Positions 47,868 through 57,078 of a stretch of 64,000 nucleotides of DNA are shown here, one piece after another. The DNA is from an uncultured Ruminococcus sp. (lineage in GTDB: Bacteria > Bacillota > Clostridia > Oscillospirales > Ruminococcaceae), in the NCBI GenBank assembly GCA_947566125.1, contig CANOIR010000003.1, forward strand, positions 3,239 through 67,238, given 5' to 3'. Position 1 is the first letter of the stretch, and each line of letters starts with the position of its first letter. The translations under genes were made by a program, and so were the position numbers. The notes under the pieces were generated by a model. That model was not told the DNA's origin. It saw only the letters and a list, made by a program, of their open reading frames with translations, and did not search any database.

Positions 47868-48671
47868 ATGTTTGATATTTCCTCAAAAAAAAGAATCGTA
47901 CTTAAACTAGGAACATCTACGCTTACCCACAAAACAGGTAAGCTAAATATCCGCCGTATGAAAAATCTTATACAGATACTTGCGGATCTGCATAATTCCG
48001 GAAGAGAAATTATAATAGTTTCTTCTGGTGCAGTCGGCATGGGTATAGGCAAATTGAATTTAACATCAAAGCCTACTGATACTCCCACAAAACAGGCTGT
48101 AGCTGCCGTTGGGCAGTGTGAACTTATGCACACTTATGATAATATGTTTGAAAAATATAATGTTACAGTAGCTCAGATATTGCTTACAAAGCACATTTTA
48201 TCAAATGGTCTTTCCAATGTTCAGAATACTCTTCAAAGACTGCTTGAAATGGGTGTAATTCCTATTGTAAATGAAAATGACACTGTGGCTATTGATGAGT
48301 TGGAACTGAAAATCGGTGAAAACGATTCTCTTGCTGCTATGGTTGCAAATATCGCTGACGCAGACCTGCTTATAATAATGTCTGATATTGACGGACTTTA
48401 TTCTTCCGATCCTCATAAAAATCCGGATGCCAAGGTAATACCTGTTGTTGAAAGAATAGATGAAAATATTGTAGAAATGGCAGGCGGTGCAGGTTCTGCT
48501 CTGGGAACAGGCGGAATGGCTACAAAAATAAGTGCTGCAAAAATGGTTACAGATGCCGGCATTGATATGATAATAATGAACGGCAAAGACCCTGAAAAGC
48601 TCTATGATCTATTTGACAACAAGGAAGTAGGTACAGTATTTCTCGCAAAAAATTATTCTGATAAATCTTAA
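47868..48671 (+). CDS. proB: Glutamate 5-kinase (no PUA domain)
   Basis: VLKLGTSTLT, VSSGAV, AAVGQ, NENDTV and GTGGMATK motifs. Confidence 0.96.
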   Translation: MFDISSKKRIVLKLGTSTLTHKTGKLNIRRMKNLIQILADLHNSGREIIIVSSGAVGMGIGKLNLTSKPTDTPTKQAVAAVGQCELMHTYDNMFEKYNVTVAQILLTKHILSNGLSNVQNTLQRLLEMGVIPIVNENDTVAIDELELKIGENDSLAAMVANIADADLLIIMSDIDGLYSSDPHKNPDAKVIPVVERIDENIVEMAGGAGSALGTGGMATKISAAKMVTDAGIDMIIMNGKDPEKLYDLFDNKEVGTVFLAKNYSDKS

Positions 48672-48818
48672 TGCATAATACAATTTCTTTGTTGATATTT
48701 CCTTCATAGCTTACTGAGCATCGATTTTCTTTAATACTTACTTAATAATACTTTAATTATAATAAAAAATTCGCTAATCAAACCGTTTTGCAACTTACCA
48801 TAATATATTGAAAGGACA

Positions 48819-49826
48819 GTGATATATTTGTATAGCATTGAAATGAAAAACGTTTCTAAAGAATTCAAGGTGCTAAATCGACATGAAGGATTAAAGGGCA
48901 GCTTGAAAGATTTATTTTCAAGAGATTACAAAATTATTCGTGCTGTGGATAATATAAATATGAATATTGAGCAGGGCGAAATTGTTGGTTATCTGGGACC
49001 AAATGGTGCAGGTAAATCTACTACAATAAAAATGATGACAGGTGTATTAGAACCTACTTCAGGTGAAATTTTAGTCGGCGGCAACGTTCCTTATAAGAAC
49101 AGAACAAAAAATGCACAGGAAATTGGTGTCGTTTTTGGTCAGCGTTCACAGCTTTGGTGGGCTTTGCCACTGATTGAATCTTTTAAGATACTAAAAGATA
49201 TTTACGGCGTAAGCGATGAAGATTATAACAATATGCTCACACTCTATCAATCACTTGTGGATATAGAACCACTTTTGCATAAACCTGTTCGTCAAATGTC
49301 ATTGGGTCAAAGAACTCTTAGCGATATTCTTGCAGCATTTTTGCATAATCCCAAAATTGTTTTTTTAGATGAGCCGACAATTGGTCTGGATGTTTCTATG
49401 AAAGCGAAAATACGCACACTTATTCACGCTTTGAACAAGGAGAAAAATACAACAGTTATTCTTACTACACACGACATGGGTGATGTAGATGCACTCTGTC
49501 AAAGAATAGTTATTATAGACAAGGGTAAAATGCTCTATGATAATGATACTATGCACTTAAAAAATTTCTTCGGTTCATACAGAACACTTAAAATCCGTAT
49601 AGATGGAAATTTAAAACAACAGACAGAAAAAATAAAGTTTGCTCTCCCTGATTTCAGCATTTCTGCTGATGAGGAATGGATTTCAATTCTTATAGATGAA
49701 GAAAAAGCCAAGGTTATGGAGGTTTTAAACCAACTTCAAAGTTCCTATGAGATACGTGATATGCAGCTTGAAGAAATCTCCACGGAAGATGTAATAAAGA
49801 AAATCTACGAGGAGGGTGTGGAATGA
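48819..49826 (+). CDS. ABC exporter ATP-binding protein
   Basis: GPNGAGKST, MSLGQR and LDEPTIGLD motifs; GTG start after GAAAGGA. Confidence 0.93.
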   Translation: MIYLYSIEMKNVSKEFKVLNRHEGLKGSLKDLFSRDYKIIRAVDNINMNIEQGEIVGYLGPNGAGKSTTIKMMTGVLEPTSGEILVGGNVPYKNRTKNAQEIGVVFGQRSQLWWALPLIESFKILKDIYGVSDEDYNNMLTLYQSLVDIEPLLHKPVRQMSLGQRTLSDILAAFLHNPKIVFLDEPTIGLDVSMKAKIRTLIHALNKEKNTTVILTTHDMGDVDALCQRIVIIDKGKMLYDNDTMHLKNFFGSYRTLKIRIDGNLKQQTEKIKFALPDFSISADEEWISILIDEEKAKVMEVLNQLQSSYEIRDMQLEEISTEDVIKKIYEEGVE

Positions 49827-50626
49827 AAATAAAAAAATTTCTTACTCTCACACGTGCCGGAATTATTGAATCTCTTCAATTTAGACTTGGAACAGTGGTT
49901 ATTATCATAGGAAATATATTGTATCTGATTGTAGTGTATTTCCTATGGAAAGCGATCTATTCCTCTGCCGGAACAGATATAGTAAACGGCATGACGTTTT
50001 CTGATACTCTTATATATCTTGTTCTTGCAACAGCATTATTTAACTTTATGGAAATGTACATAGTCTGGGAAATAGGACGAAACATTCAATCCGGAAAAAT
50101 CGTACTTGACCTGATAAAGCCTATGAAATACAGACAATATATGTTCTGGTCATATTCAGGCTCATTTATAACAAATTTCTTTTTCACTCTCCTGCCAACA
50201 TTTATTGTTGTAGCAATCGTTACTCATGGAGCAATATATTTTGGTATAAATCTGCTGCTTTTCATTATTTCTGTAATAATAGCTGTTTCTATCAATTACA
50301 GCATTGATTTTATCGTAGGAACGATCTGTTTATACACTGAATCAATATGGGGCATAAATATTATGAAACAAGTTATAGTTATGCTCTTGTCCGGAGTAAC
50401 CGTTCCTATTGCATTCTTCCCCGAACCACTTAAATCAATTGTGTACCATTTACCGTTTCAGTCAATTTATAATGCTCCTCTATCCGTTTTACTTGATGGA
50501 AACCCTCAACTGAATACAGTACTTACAACGATTGGAACACAACTTTTTTGGTGTGTTACAATGATTGCTCTAAGCAAACTATTCTGGAAAGTGTCTATAC
50601 GTAAAATTACCGTGAATGGAGGCTGA
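49823..50626 (+). CDS. ABC-2 family permease (DUF990-like)
   Basis: Multi-TM; IQSGKIVLDLIKP, LLSGVTVPIAFFP, ITVNGG end. Confidence 0.88.
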   Translation: MKIKKFLTLTRAGIIESLQFRLGTVVIIIGNILYLIVVYFLWKAIYSSAGTDIVNGMTFSDTLIYLVLATALFNFMEMYIVWEIGRNIQSGKIVLDLIKPMKYRQYMFWSYSGSFITNFFFTLLPTFIVVAIVTHGAIYFGINLLLFIISVIIAVSINYSIDFIVGTICLYTESIWGINIMKQVIVMLLSGVTVPIAFFPEPLKSIVYHLPFQSIYNAPLSVLLDGNPQLNTVLTTIGTQLFWCVTMIALSKLFWKVSIRKITVNGG

Positions 50627-50629
50627 GTT

Positions 50630-51433
50630 ATGAAAAGAAAAGGTTTAAGTTTCTATTTTCGGATATATTGTAAAATTCTTGCACAAGACTTAAAAAGCAA
50701 AATGAGCTACCGTGCTGATTTTATCATATCAACAATAGGTATGATTTTTACAAACATTGCAGGTTTTGTGAGCTTTTGGATACTGTTTAGAAGCTTTCCT
50801 TCAATTAACGGATGGAGTTACTATGAAATTCTGTTTCTTTATGGATTCTCACTTGTATCTCTCACTCCTGTACAATGCTTATTCGATAACAACTGGAATC
50901 TGAGGCAATACGTTTATTCAGGTGATTTTATAAAATACTGCTTCCGACCTATAAACTTGTTTTTCTACTATCAGTCGGAAGTCTTTGACATAAAAGGCTT
51001 GGGACAGCTTGCATTCGGCATTGGTACACTGGCCTACTCATGGAATAAACTTGAATTAGGATTTACACCTCTTATGCTGATAAAAATGGTGATTTTCCTA
51101 ATTACCGCTTCTTTTATCATGATCGCTTTGCAAAATGCTGCGGCAGCCACCTGTTTTTGGATTCAAAACTCGTTTTATGTTATGGACTTGGTTCTGAAAT
51201 TTAAAGATTATGCAAAATACCCAATAACCATTTTCAGTCCAATATTCCGTTTTATATTCACGTTTATTATACCAATCGCTTTCATTGCTTATTACCCCAG
51301 TGTTGTGATACTTCGTCCTGATGCCGTTCCTGTATTGTCATGGCTTTCGCCCATTATCAGTTGTATATTATTTGGACTCAGCTATAAATTCTGGATGTAC
51401 AGTGCAATGAAATACAATGGTACAGGCTCATAA
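50630..51433 (+). CDS. ABC-2 family permease (DUF990-like)
   Basis: MSYRADF, GDFIKYCFRP, KYPITIF, YNGTGS end. Confidence 0.88.
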   Translation: MKRKGLSFYFRIYCKILAQDLKSKMSYRADFIISTIGMIFTNIAGFVSFWILFRSFPSINGWSYYEILFLYGFSLVSLTPVQCLFDNNWNLRQYVYSGDFIKYCFRPINLFFYYQSEVFDIKGLGQLAFGIGTLAYSWNKLELGFTPLMLIKMVIFLITASFIMIALQNAAAATCFWIQNSFYVMDLVLKFKDYAKYPITIFSPIFRFIFTFIIPIAFIAYYPSVVILRPDAVPVLSWLSPIISCILFGLSYKFWMYSAMKYNGTGS

Positions 51434-51497
51434 TTCAAAAATACATTTTAATAAAAGTAAATAAATTATAATAAAATATAGAAAGGTAGGATAATAT

Positions 51498-52760
51498 ATG
51501 AATTACGCACAGACACTTGGTGAAAAATCAAAAACAGCAGCTGCTAAAATGGCAGCTGTTTCACCGGAAGCAAAAAATGCTGCTCTCTATGCAATTTCCA
51601 AAGCTCTTATTGAAAGAAAAGATGAGATAATCAGTGCAAATAAACTCGATTTAAAAGCTGCTGTGGAAAACAATATGAGTGATGCAATGCAAGATAGACT
51701 CCGTCTTACAAATGCACGTATTGAAGGAATGGCGAATTCTATATCCAAACTTATAGCTATGGACGACCCAATAGGCTCCGTTATACAAGGCAGCGTTCGT
51801 CCAAATGGTCTTAGAATTGTAAAAACACGTGTACCACTCGGATCGATCGGTATAATTTTTGAATCACGTCCAAATGTTACTGTAGATGCTGCTACTCTTT
51901 GTCTAAAATCAGGAAATGCAGTTCTGCTTCGTGGCGGTAAAGAGGCAATAAATTCAAATATATGTCTTACAAATATAATGCGTGATGCTGTAGAAACTGC
52001 TGGTCTGCCAAAAGATTGCATTCAGCTTGTAGAAGATACATCAAGAGAAACTGCTGCTGATATGATGAAACTGAATGGCTATTTGGACGTATTGATACCA
52101 AGAGGCGGTGCAGGACTAATTCAATCTGTAGTTAAACAGGCGACTGTACCTGTAATTGAAACAGGAGCCGGAAATTGCCATATATATATTGACAAGTGCC
52201 TGCCAACAAATGAAGATTTTGAGATGGCAGTAAAAGTCGTAGATAATGCAAAAACTCAGCGTCCGTCTGTCTGCAATGCAATTGAAGGCATTGTTGTACA
52301 TGAAGCTGTAGCAGAAAAAATTCTGCCAATGATAAAATCTGCACTTGACTTGCATGATGTTGTAATTTACGGTGATGAAAAAACTGCTGCTATACTTGGC
52401 GAATGCGTTCTTCCTGCAACTGATGAGATTTACAATACTGAATTTAATGATTACAAGCTCTCAGTAAAAATTGTATCATCATTTGATGATGCTCTTGCTC
52501 ATATAGCTAAATACAGCACAAAACATTCTGAATGTATAATAACAAAAGATTTTGATGCTGCAATGCGTTTCCAGAGAGAAGTCGATGCAGCAGCTGTATA
52601 TGTAAATGCATCAACAAGATTTACAGACGGCGAAGAATTCGGATTTGGAGCTGAAATAGGTATCTCTACTCAAAAGCTTCACGCAAGAGGTCCAATGGCT
52701 CTTACTGAACTTACAACGGTAAAATATCTGATTGACGGAACTGGTCAAATAAGACAATAA
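51498..52760 (+). CDS. proA: Gamma-glutamyl phosphate reductase
   Basis: IFESRPNVT, PRGGAGL, QRPSVCNA, VNASTRFTDG and STQKLHARGP motifs. Confidence 0.97.
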   Translation: MNYAQTLGEKSKTAAAKMAAVSPEAKNAALYAISKALIERKDEIISANKLDLKAAVENNMSDAMQDRLRLTNARIEGMANSISKLIAMDDPIGSVIQGSVRPNGLRIVKTRVPLGSIGIIFESRPNVTVDAATLCLKSGNAVLLRGGKEAINSNICLTNIMRDAVETAGLPKDCIQLVEDTSRETAADMMKLNGYLDVLIPRGGAGLIQSVVKQATVPVIETGAGNCHIYIDKCLPTNEDFEMAVKVVDNAKTQRPSVCNAIEGIVVHEAVAEKILPMIKSALDLHDVVIYGDEKTAAILGECVLPATDEIYNTEFNDYKLSVKIVSSFDDALAHIAKYSTKHSECIITKDFDAAMRFQREVDAAAVYVNASTRFTDGEEFGFGAEIGISTQKLHARGPMALTELTTVKYLIDGTGQIRQ

Positions 52761-52811
52761 CAACAAGCTGTTTTCAGCTCAGTTGCTATATAATATTTTA
52801 TAAAAATATAT

Positions 52812-52846
52812 GCTGCCGCAAACCTGTATTTTGCGGCAGCCTTTTT
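52812..52846 (+). terminator. proA terminator-like hairpin
   Basis: GCTGCCGCAAA/TTTGCGGCAGC stem followed by a T-run. Confidence 0.7.
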
Positions 52847-52938
52847 GTTGCCGCTTTGAAAAAAGTTGCTCATAGCTGTTGCAAAAATAGAAATAATGTA
52901 GTATAATAATAAAAACAGAGAATATGGGAGGAACAACT

Positions 52939-54801
52939 ATGTGCGGATTTATAGGCTTCACTAATACGATCTCCAATGCTGATTCGGTTCTTGGCACAAT
53001 GCTTGATAAAATCAAACATCGTGGCCCTGATGCAGAAGGTAAATATGTTGATGATAATATTGCCCTTGGTCATAGAAGACTCAGTATCATTGACGTTTCT
53101 GATGCAGGAAATCAGCCGCTGTACAGCGAGGACGGCAAACTTATCCTTGTATTCAATGGAGAGATCTATAACTACAAAACAATAAAAGCTGAACTTATAA
53201 AAAAGGGTTATAAATTCAAAACTCAAACTGATTCCGAAGTTCTTATATATGGATATAGAGAATACGGCGAAAAACTCCTCGAAAAACTGCGTGGTATGTT
53301 TGCATTTATCATATGGGATAAAGAAAACAAATCCATTTTCGGTGCAAGAGATTTTTTCGGCATAAAACCTCTCTATTACGCACAAATGGGCAAGACATTT
53401 ATGTTCGGTTCAGAAATAAAAAGCTTTTTATGCCACCCAGACTTCAAAAAAGAACTGAATACCGACGCTCTTGAAAATTATCTTTCTTTCCAATATTCAC
53501 CATGTGCAGAAACTTTCTTTAAGGGTGTATATAAGCTTCCTCCTGCTCACTGCTTTACTTATAAAAACGGAAAATTAGAAATAAAAAGATATTGGGAAGT
53601 AAAATTCACACCTGATGAAAAGCCCGAGCTTGATGAATGGGTAAACCGCATATCTGATACTTTCCACGATTCTGTAAAGGCTCACAAAATCGCTGATGTA
53701 GAAGTTGGCTCATTCCTGTCAAGCGGCGTTGATTCAAGCTATGTCGCTGCTATTGCAGATGTAGATAAAACATTTACAGTTGGATTTGGCAGCGAAGAAC
53801 GTTATAATGAAATAGGCTGGGCTAAAGAATTTTCAGAAGCAATAAACATAAAGAATTACAATAAAGTAATCTCACCAGAAGAATACTGGAATATACTGCC
53901 TTTGATCCAATACCACATGGACGAACCCCTTGCAGACCCATCAGCAGTTGCACTTTATTTTGTGTGCAATTTGGCATCACGTTCACTGAAAGTAGCCCTT
54001 TCCGGTGAAGGTGCTGATGAAATATTCGGCGGATATAATGTATACAGCGACCCTGGTTCTACATTTTATGATAAACTTCCTATCGGTTTAAGACACGGTA
54101 TTGCATCTATTGTAAGCAAACTGCCTGCTAAAAGAGGTCTTAACTTTTTTGTAAGAAAAGGCAGAACGGTTGAAGAAAGATTTATCGGCAATGCCTATAT
54201 GTTTAGTCCAAAGGAAAGAAAAGAACTTCTTAAAATAAAAACAAATGCACCTGACCCCACTGTAATCACAAAGCCGTTTTATAACAAAGTAAAAGATAAA
54301 GATGATGTAACAAAAATGCAGTACCTTGACCTCCATATGTGGATGACAGGTGATATACTCTTAAAAGCTGACAAGATGAGTATGGCAAATTCTTTGGAAG
54401 TAAGAGTTCCTTTTCTTGATAAAGAGGTAATGGCTCTTGCTGAGCAAATACCTACAAAATACAGAGTATCTCACAAAAGCACATCTGATGGTATGAAATA
54501 TACTACAAAATATGCTATGAGAATGGCTGCTAAAAAGGATACACCTCCAAGTACTGCCAAAACAGCTGTAAAGAAAAAACTCGGATTCCCTGTTCCTATT
54601 CGAGTATGGCTCAAAGAAGACGGATATTATAACATAGTAAAAACAGCATTCACCGGAAAAGCAGCTGAAAAATATTTCAATACAGATAAACTTGTAGAGC
54701 TTTTGGATAATCATAGATTAGGTAAAGGTGATTATAGTCGTAAAATCTGGACGGTTTATATGTTCCTTGTATGGTATGACGTATATTTTGGAAAAGTGTG
54801 A
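52939..54801 (+). CDS. asnB: Asparagine synthase (glutamine-hydrolysing)
   Basis: MCGF N-terminal nucleophile, HRGPD, GHRRLSIID, FNGEIYN, LSSGVDSS and SGEGADE motifs. Confidence 0.95.
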   Translation: MCGFIGFTNTISNADSVLGTMLDKIKHRGPDAEGKYVDDNIALGHRRLSIIDVSDAGNQPLYSEDGKLILVFNGEIYNYKTIKAELIKKGYKFKTQTDSEVLIYGYREYGEKLLEKLRGMFAFIIWDKENKSIFGARDFFGIKPLYYAQMGKTFMFGSEIKSFLCHPDFKKELNTDALENYLSFQYSPCAETFFKGVYKLPPAHCFTYKNGKLEIKRYWEVKFTPDEKPELDEWVNRISDTFHDSVKAHKIADVEVGSFLSSGVDSSYVAAIADVDKTFTVGFGSEERYNEIGWAKEFSEAINIKNYNKVISPEEYWNILPLIQYHMDEPLADPSAVALYFVCNLASRSLKVALSGEGADEIFGGYNVYSDPGSTFYDKLPIGLRHGIASIVSKLPAKRGLNFFVRKGRTVEERFIGNAYMFSPKERKELLKIKTNAPDPTVITKPFYNKVKDKDDVTKMQYLDLHMWMTGDILLKADKMSMANSLEVRVPFLDKEVMALAEQIPTKYRVSHKSTSDGMKYTTKYAMRMAAKKDTPPSTAKTAVKKKLGFPVPIRVWLKEDGYYNIVKTAFTGKAAEKYFNTDKLVELLDNHRLGKGDYSRKIWTVYMFLVWYDVYFGKV

Positions 54802-54828
54802 TCAAATACTTGTTAAGGAGGGAAATCG

Positions 54829-55497
54829 GTGGCAAGCAATGTAACCTATGAATATATCAGAAGAAATCCAGCTGTTTTAGAATATGTAAGACGTGCTGAT
54901 AAGGTGATGGAATCTATTGGATATACAGAACACTCTTTTGCTCACGTGGAAAAGGTTTCTTATGTGTCTTCCATGATACTTGAGGAACTTGGATATCCGG
55001 AAAGAACAGTAGAACTTGCAAAGATAGCCGGTTTTCTTCATGATATAGGAAATGTAATAAACCGCAATGACCACGCTCAAAGCGGTGCTGTAATGGCATT
55101 TGTTTTGCTTGATAAACTTCATATGCCTGCTGATGAAGTATGCTCCATTATTTCCGCAATAGGAAACCATGATGAAAGTACCGCTCAGCCGGTAGATCCA
55201 ATATCGGCGGCTCTTATTCTTGCCGATAAAACTGATGTTCGTCGAAGTCGTGTAAGAAATACTACTTTTACATCATTTGATATTCATGACCGAGTAAATT
55301 ATGCTGTTACAAATTCCAAGCTTACTGTTTCGGATGATAAAACAAGTTTTACTTTAGAATTGAATATCGATACTGAAATATCTTCGGTACTTGAGTATTT
55401 TGAAATATTTATGGACAGAATGCTACTCTGCAAACGTGCAGCACAATATTTTGGAATGTCATTTAAAATATATATGAATGGTACTATTGTACTTTAA
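54829..55497 (+). CDS. HD-domain phosphohydrolase
   Basis: TEHSFAH, FLHDIGN, GNHDE and ADKTD motifs; GTG start. Confidence 0.9.
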   Translation: MASNVTYEYIRRNPAVLEYVRRADKVMESIGYTEHSFAHVEKVSYVSSMILEELGYPERTVELAKIAGFLHDIGNVINRNDHAQSGAVMAFVLLDKLHMPADEVCSIISAIGNHDESTAQPVDPISAALILADKTDVRRSRVRNTTFTSFDIHDRVNYAVTNSKLTVSDDKTSFTLELNIDTEISSVLEYFEIFMDRMLLCKRAAQYFGMSFKIYMNGTIVL

Positions 55498-55567
55498 TTT
55501 AAACAATGCTTTAATATTGCAGATACAATTTTTTTGTATCTGCGATAAAATATAGGAGGTTTCAAAT

Positions 55568-56653
55568 ATGATTTCATCGTATCCACATCTTATTGACCTT
55601 GACGACTATCCGGTTTCATGGTGGAAGGAAGTAGTCGATTTGGGTGAAAAGATCAAAAACAATCCAGAGATCTATTCCGGTGCCTGTCAAGGAAAAATTA
55701 TGGCAACTTTATTTTATGAGCCATCTACACGTACACAAATGTCCTTTCAGACAGCAATGCTTCGTCTGGGCGGAAGACTTATAGGCTTCGATAATCCTGC
55801 AAATTCTTCTGTATCAAAAGGTGAAACTTTAAAAGATACAACAAAAATCGTAAGCAATTACGCAGATATTCTTGTAATGCGTCATCCTGTTGCAGGTGCA
55901 GCAAAGGCTGCTGCACTTACTGCTGACTGTCCTGTTATAAATGCTGGTGACAGCGGTCATCTTCACCCGACTCAAACTCTTACAGATCTTTTGACCCTTA
56001 AATGCGAAAAAGGAAGACTTGACCATCTCACAATAGGTCTGTGTGGTGATCTTATAAACGGCAGAACTGTACATTCATTGCTTAAAGCAATGTCCTGTTT
56101 TGAAGGCAATGAATTTGTTCTGATCTCCACACCGGAACTGAAACTTCCATCATATGTAAAAGATATACTCAAATCAAGCGGCTGTCCATTCAGAGAGGTA
56201 TCATCTCTGGAAGAGGTTCTCCCTGAGCTTGATGTACTATATATGACAAGAATCCAACAGGAAAGATTTGCAAGCCGTGAGGAATATCTGGCACAAAAGG
56301 ATACATATATATTGACAACAAAAAAACTTAAAACCGCTAAACCGGATATGATAATACTTCATCCGCTGCCAAGAGTAGACGAAATAGAAGTGGAAATAGA
56401 CGATGACCCAAGAGCTGCATATTTCAAGCAGGCAAGATATGGAATGTATGTAAGAATGGCACTTATAATAACAATGCTCAATCTTGACACAAAAACCACT
56501 CTGCTGCATGGAACGATCCATAATGATGCAGTATGCAAAAACCCGAATTGCATTACTCATACAGAAAAGTATTTGCCAAAAAGCTTTGTTTCAATCGGTG
56601 ACAGTTTGCTGGAATGTGAGTACTGCAATGAAAGATTGCTGATTGAAAGATAA
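55568..56653 (+). CDS. pyrB: Aspartate carbamoyltransferase catalytic chain with C-terminal PyrI-like zinc-binding domain
   Basis: FYEPSTRT, HPTQTLTD, RIQQER and HPLPR motifs, plus tail CKNPNCIT...CEYC. Confidence 0.94.
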   Translation: MISSYPHLIDLDDYPVSWWKEVVDLGEKIKNNPEIYSGACQGKIMATLFYEPSTRTQMSFQTAMLRLGGRLIGFDNPANSSVSKGETLKDTTKIVSNYADILVMRHPVAGAAKAAALTADCPVINAGDSGHLHPTQTLTDLLTLKCEKGRLDHLTIGLCGDLINGRTVHSLLKAMSCFEGNEFVLISTPELKLPSYVKDILKSSGCPFREVSSLEEVLPELDVLYMTRIQQERFASREEYLAQKDTYILTTKKLKTAKPDMIILHPLPRVDEIEVEIDDDPRAAYFKQARYGMYVRMALIITMLNLDTKTTLLHGTIHNDAVCKNPNCITHTEKYLPKSFVSIGDSLLECEYCNERLLIER

Positions 56654-56732
56654 GCGAAGTTGCCTGTATATTTAATAACCTTACGACATAAGGCAATGAT
56701 ATTATCATTAAGGATAAAAAGGAGGAAATGCA

Positions 56733-56870
56733 ATGAGCAGTAATCGTGACCGCTATGGCAGACGAAAGATCCAGCCAAAAATACGATTCCGTTTTAGAAA
56801 TATAATAATAATCTTTATCGTCTGTATAGTAATAGGTCTGGCTTATTACATGATAAAGATGAACCTTTAG
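56733..56870 (+). CDS. 45-aa small single-TM protein (below the ORF-track cutoff)
   Basis: AGGAGG RBS 7 nt before ATG; MSSNRDRYGRRKIQPKIRFRFRNIIIIFIVCIVIGLAYYMIKMNL; followed by a terminator. Confidence 0.65.
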   Translation: MSSNRDRYGRRKIQPKIRFRFRNIIIIFIVCIVIGLAYYMIKMNL

Positions 56871-56891
56871 AAAAAAATCCCTAATGCCTTT

Positions 56892-56926
56892 ATTTCCGGG
56901 TCGTCTGCATACCCGGAAATTTTTTT
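56892..56926 (+). terminator. Intrinsic terminator
   Basis: ATTTCCGGGT/ACCCGGAAAT stem followed by a T-run. Confidence 0.8.
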
Positions 56927-57007
56927 GCTAAGAAAAATATAAATTTAACCTATGCCTATTGACAAATTCCTTAAAATGGGCTATACTGGATAACAGTGAT
57001 GATTTGC

Positions 57008-57055
57008 ATACAAGATACGCTGTGTGTTTTGCAAGCCACATACAATATTTTGTGT
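57008..57055 (+). promoter_or_regulatory. Tandem NrdR boxes
   Basis: ATACAATATTTTGTGT (57040-57055) matches acaCwAtATaTwGtgt at 14/16. ATACAAGATACGCTGT (57008-57023) matches at 11/16. Starts are 32 bp apart, just upstream of nrdD. Confidence 0.6.
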
Positions 57056-57078
57056 TTCTTGGAAGGAGCTTTATTATT

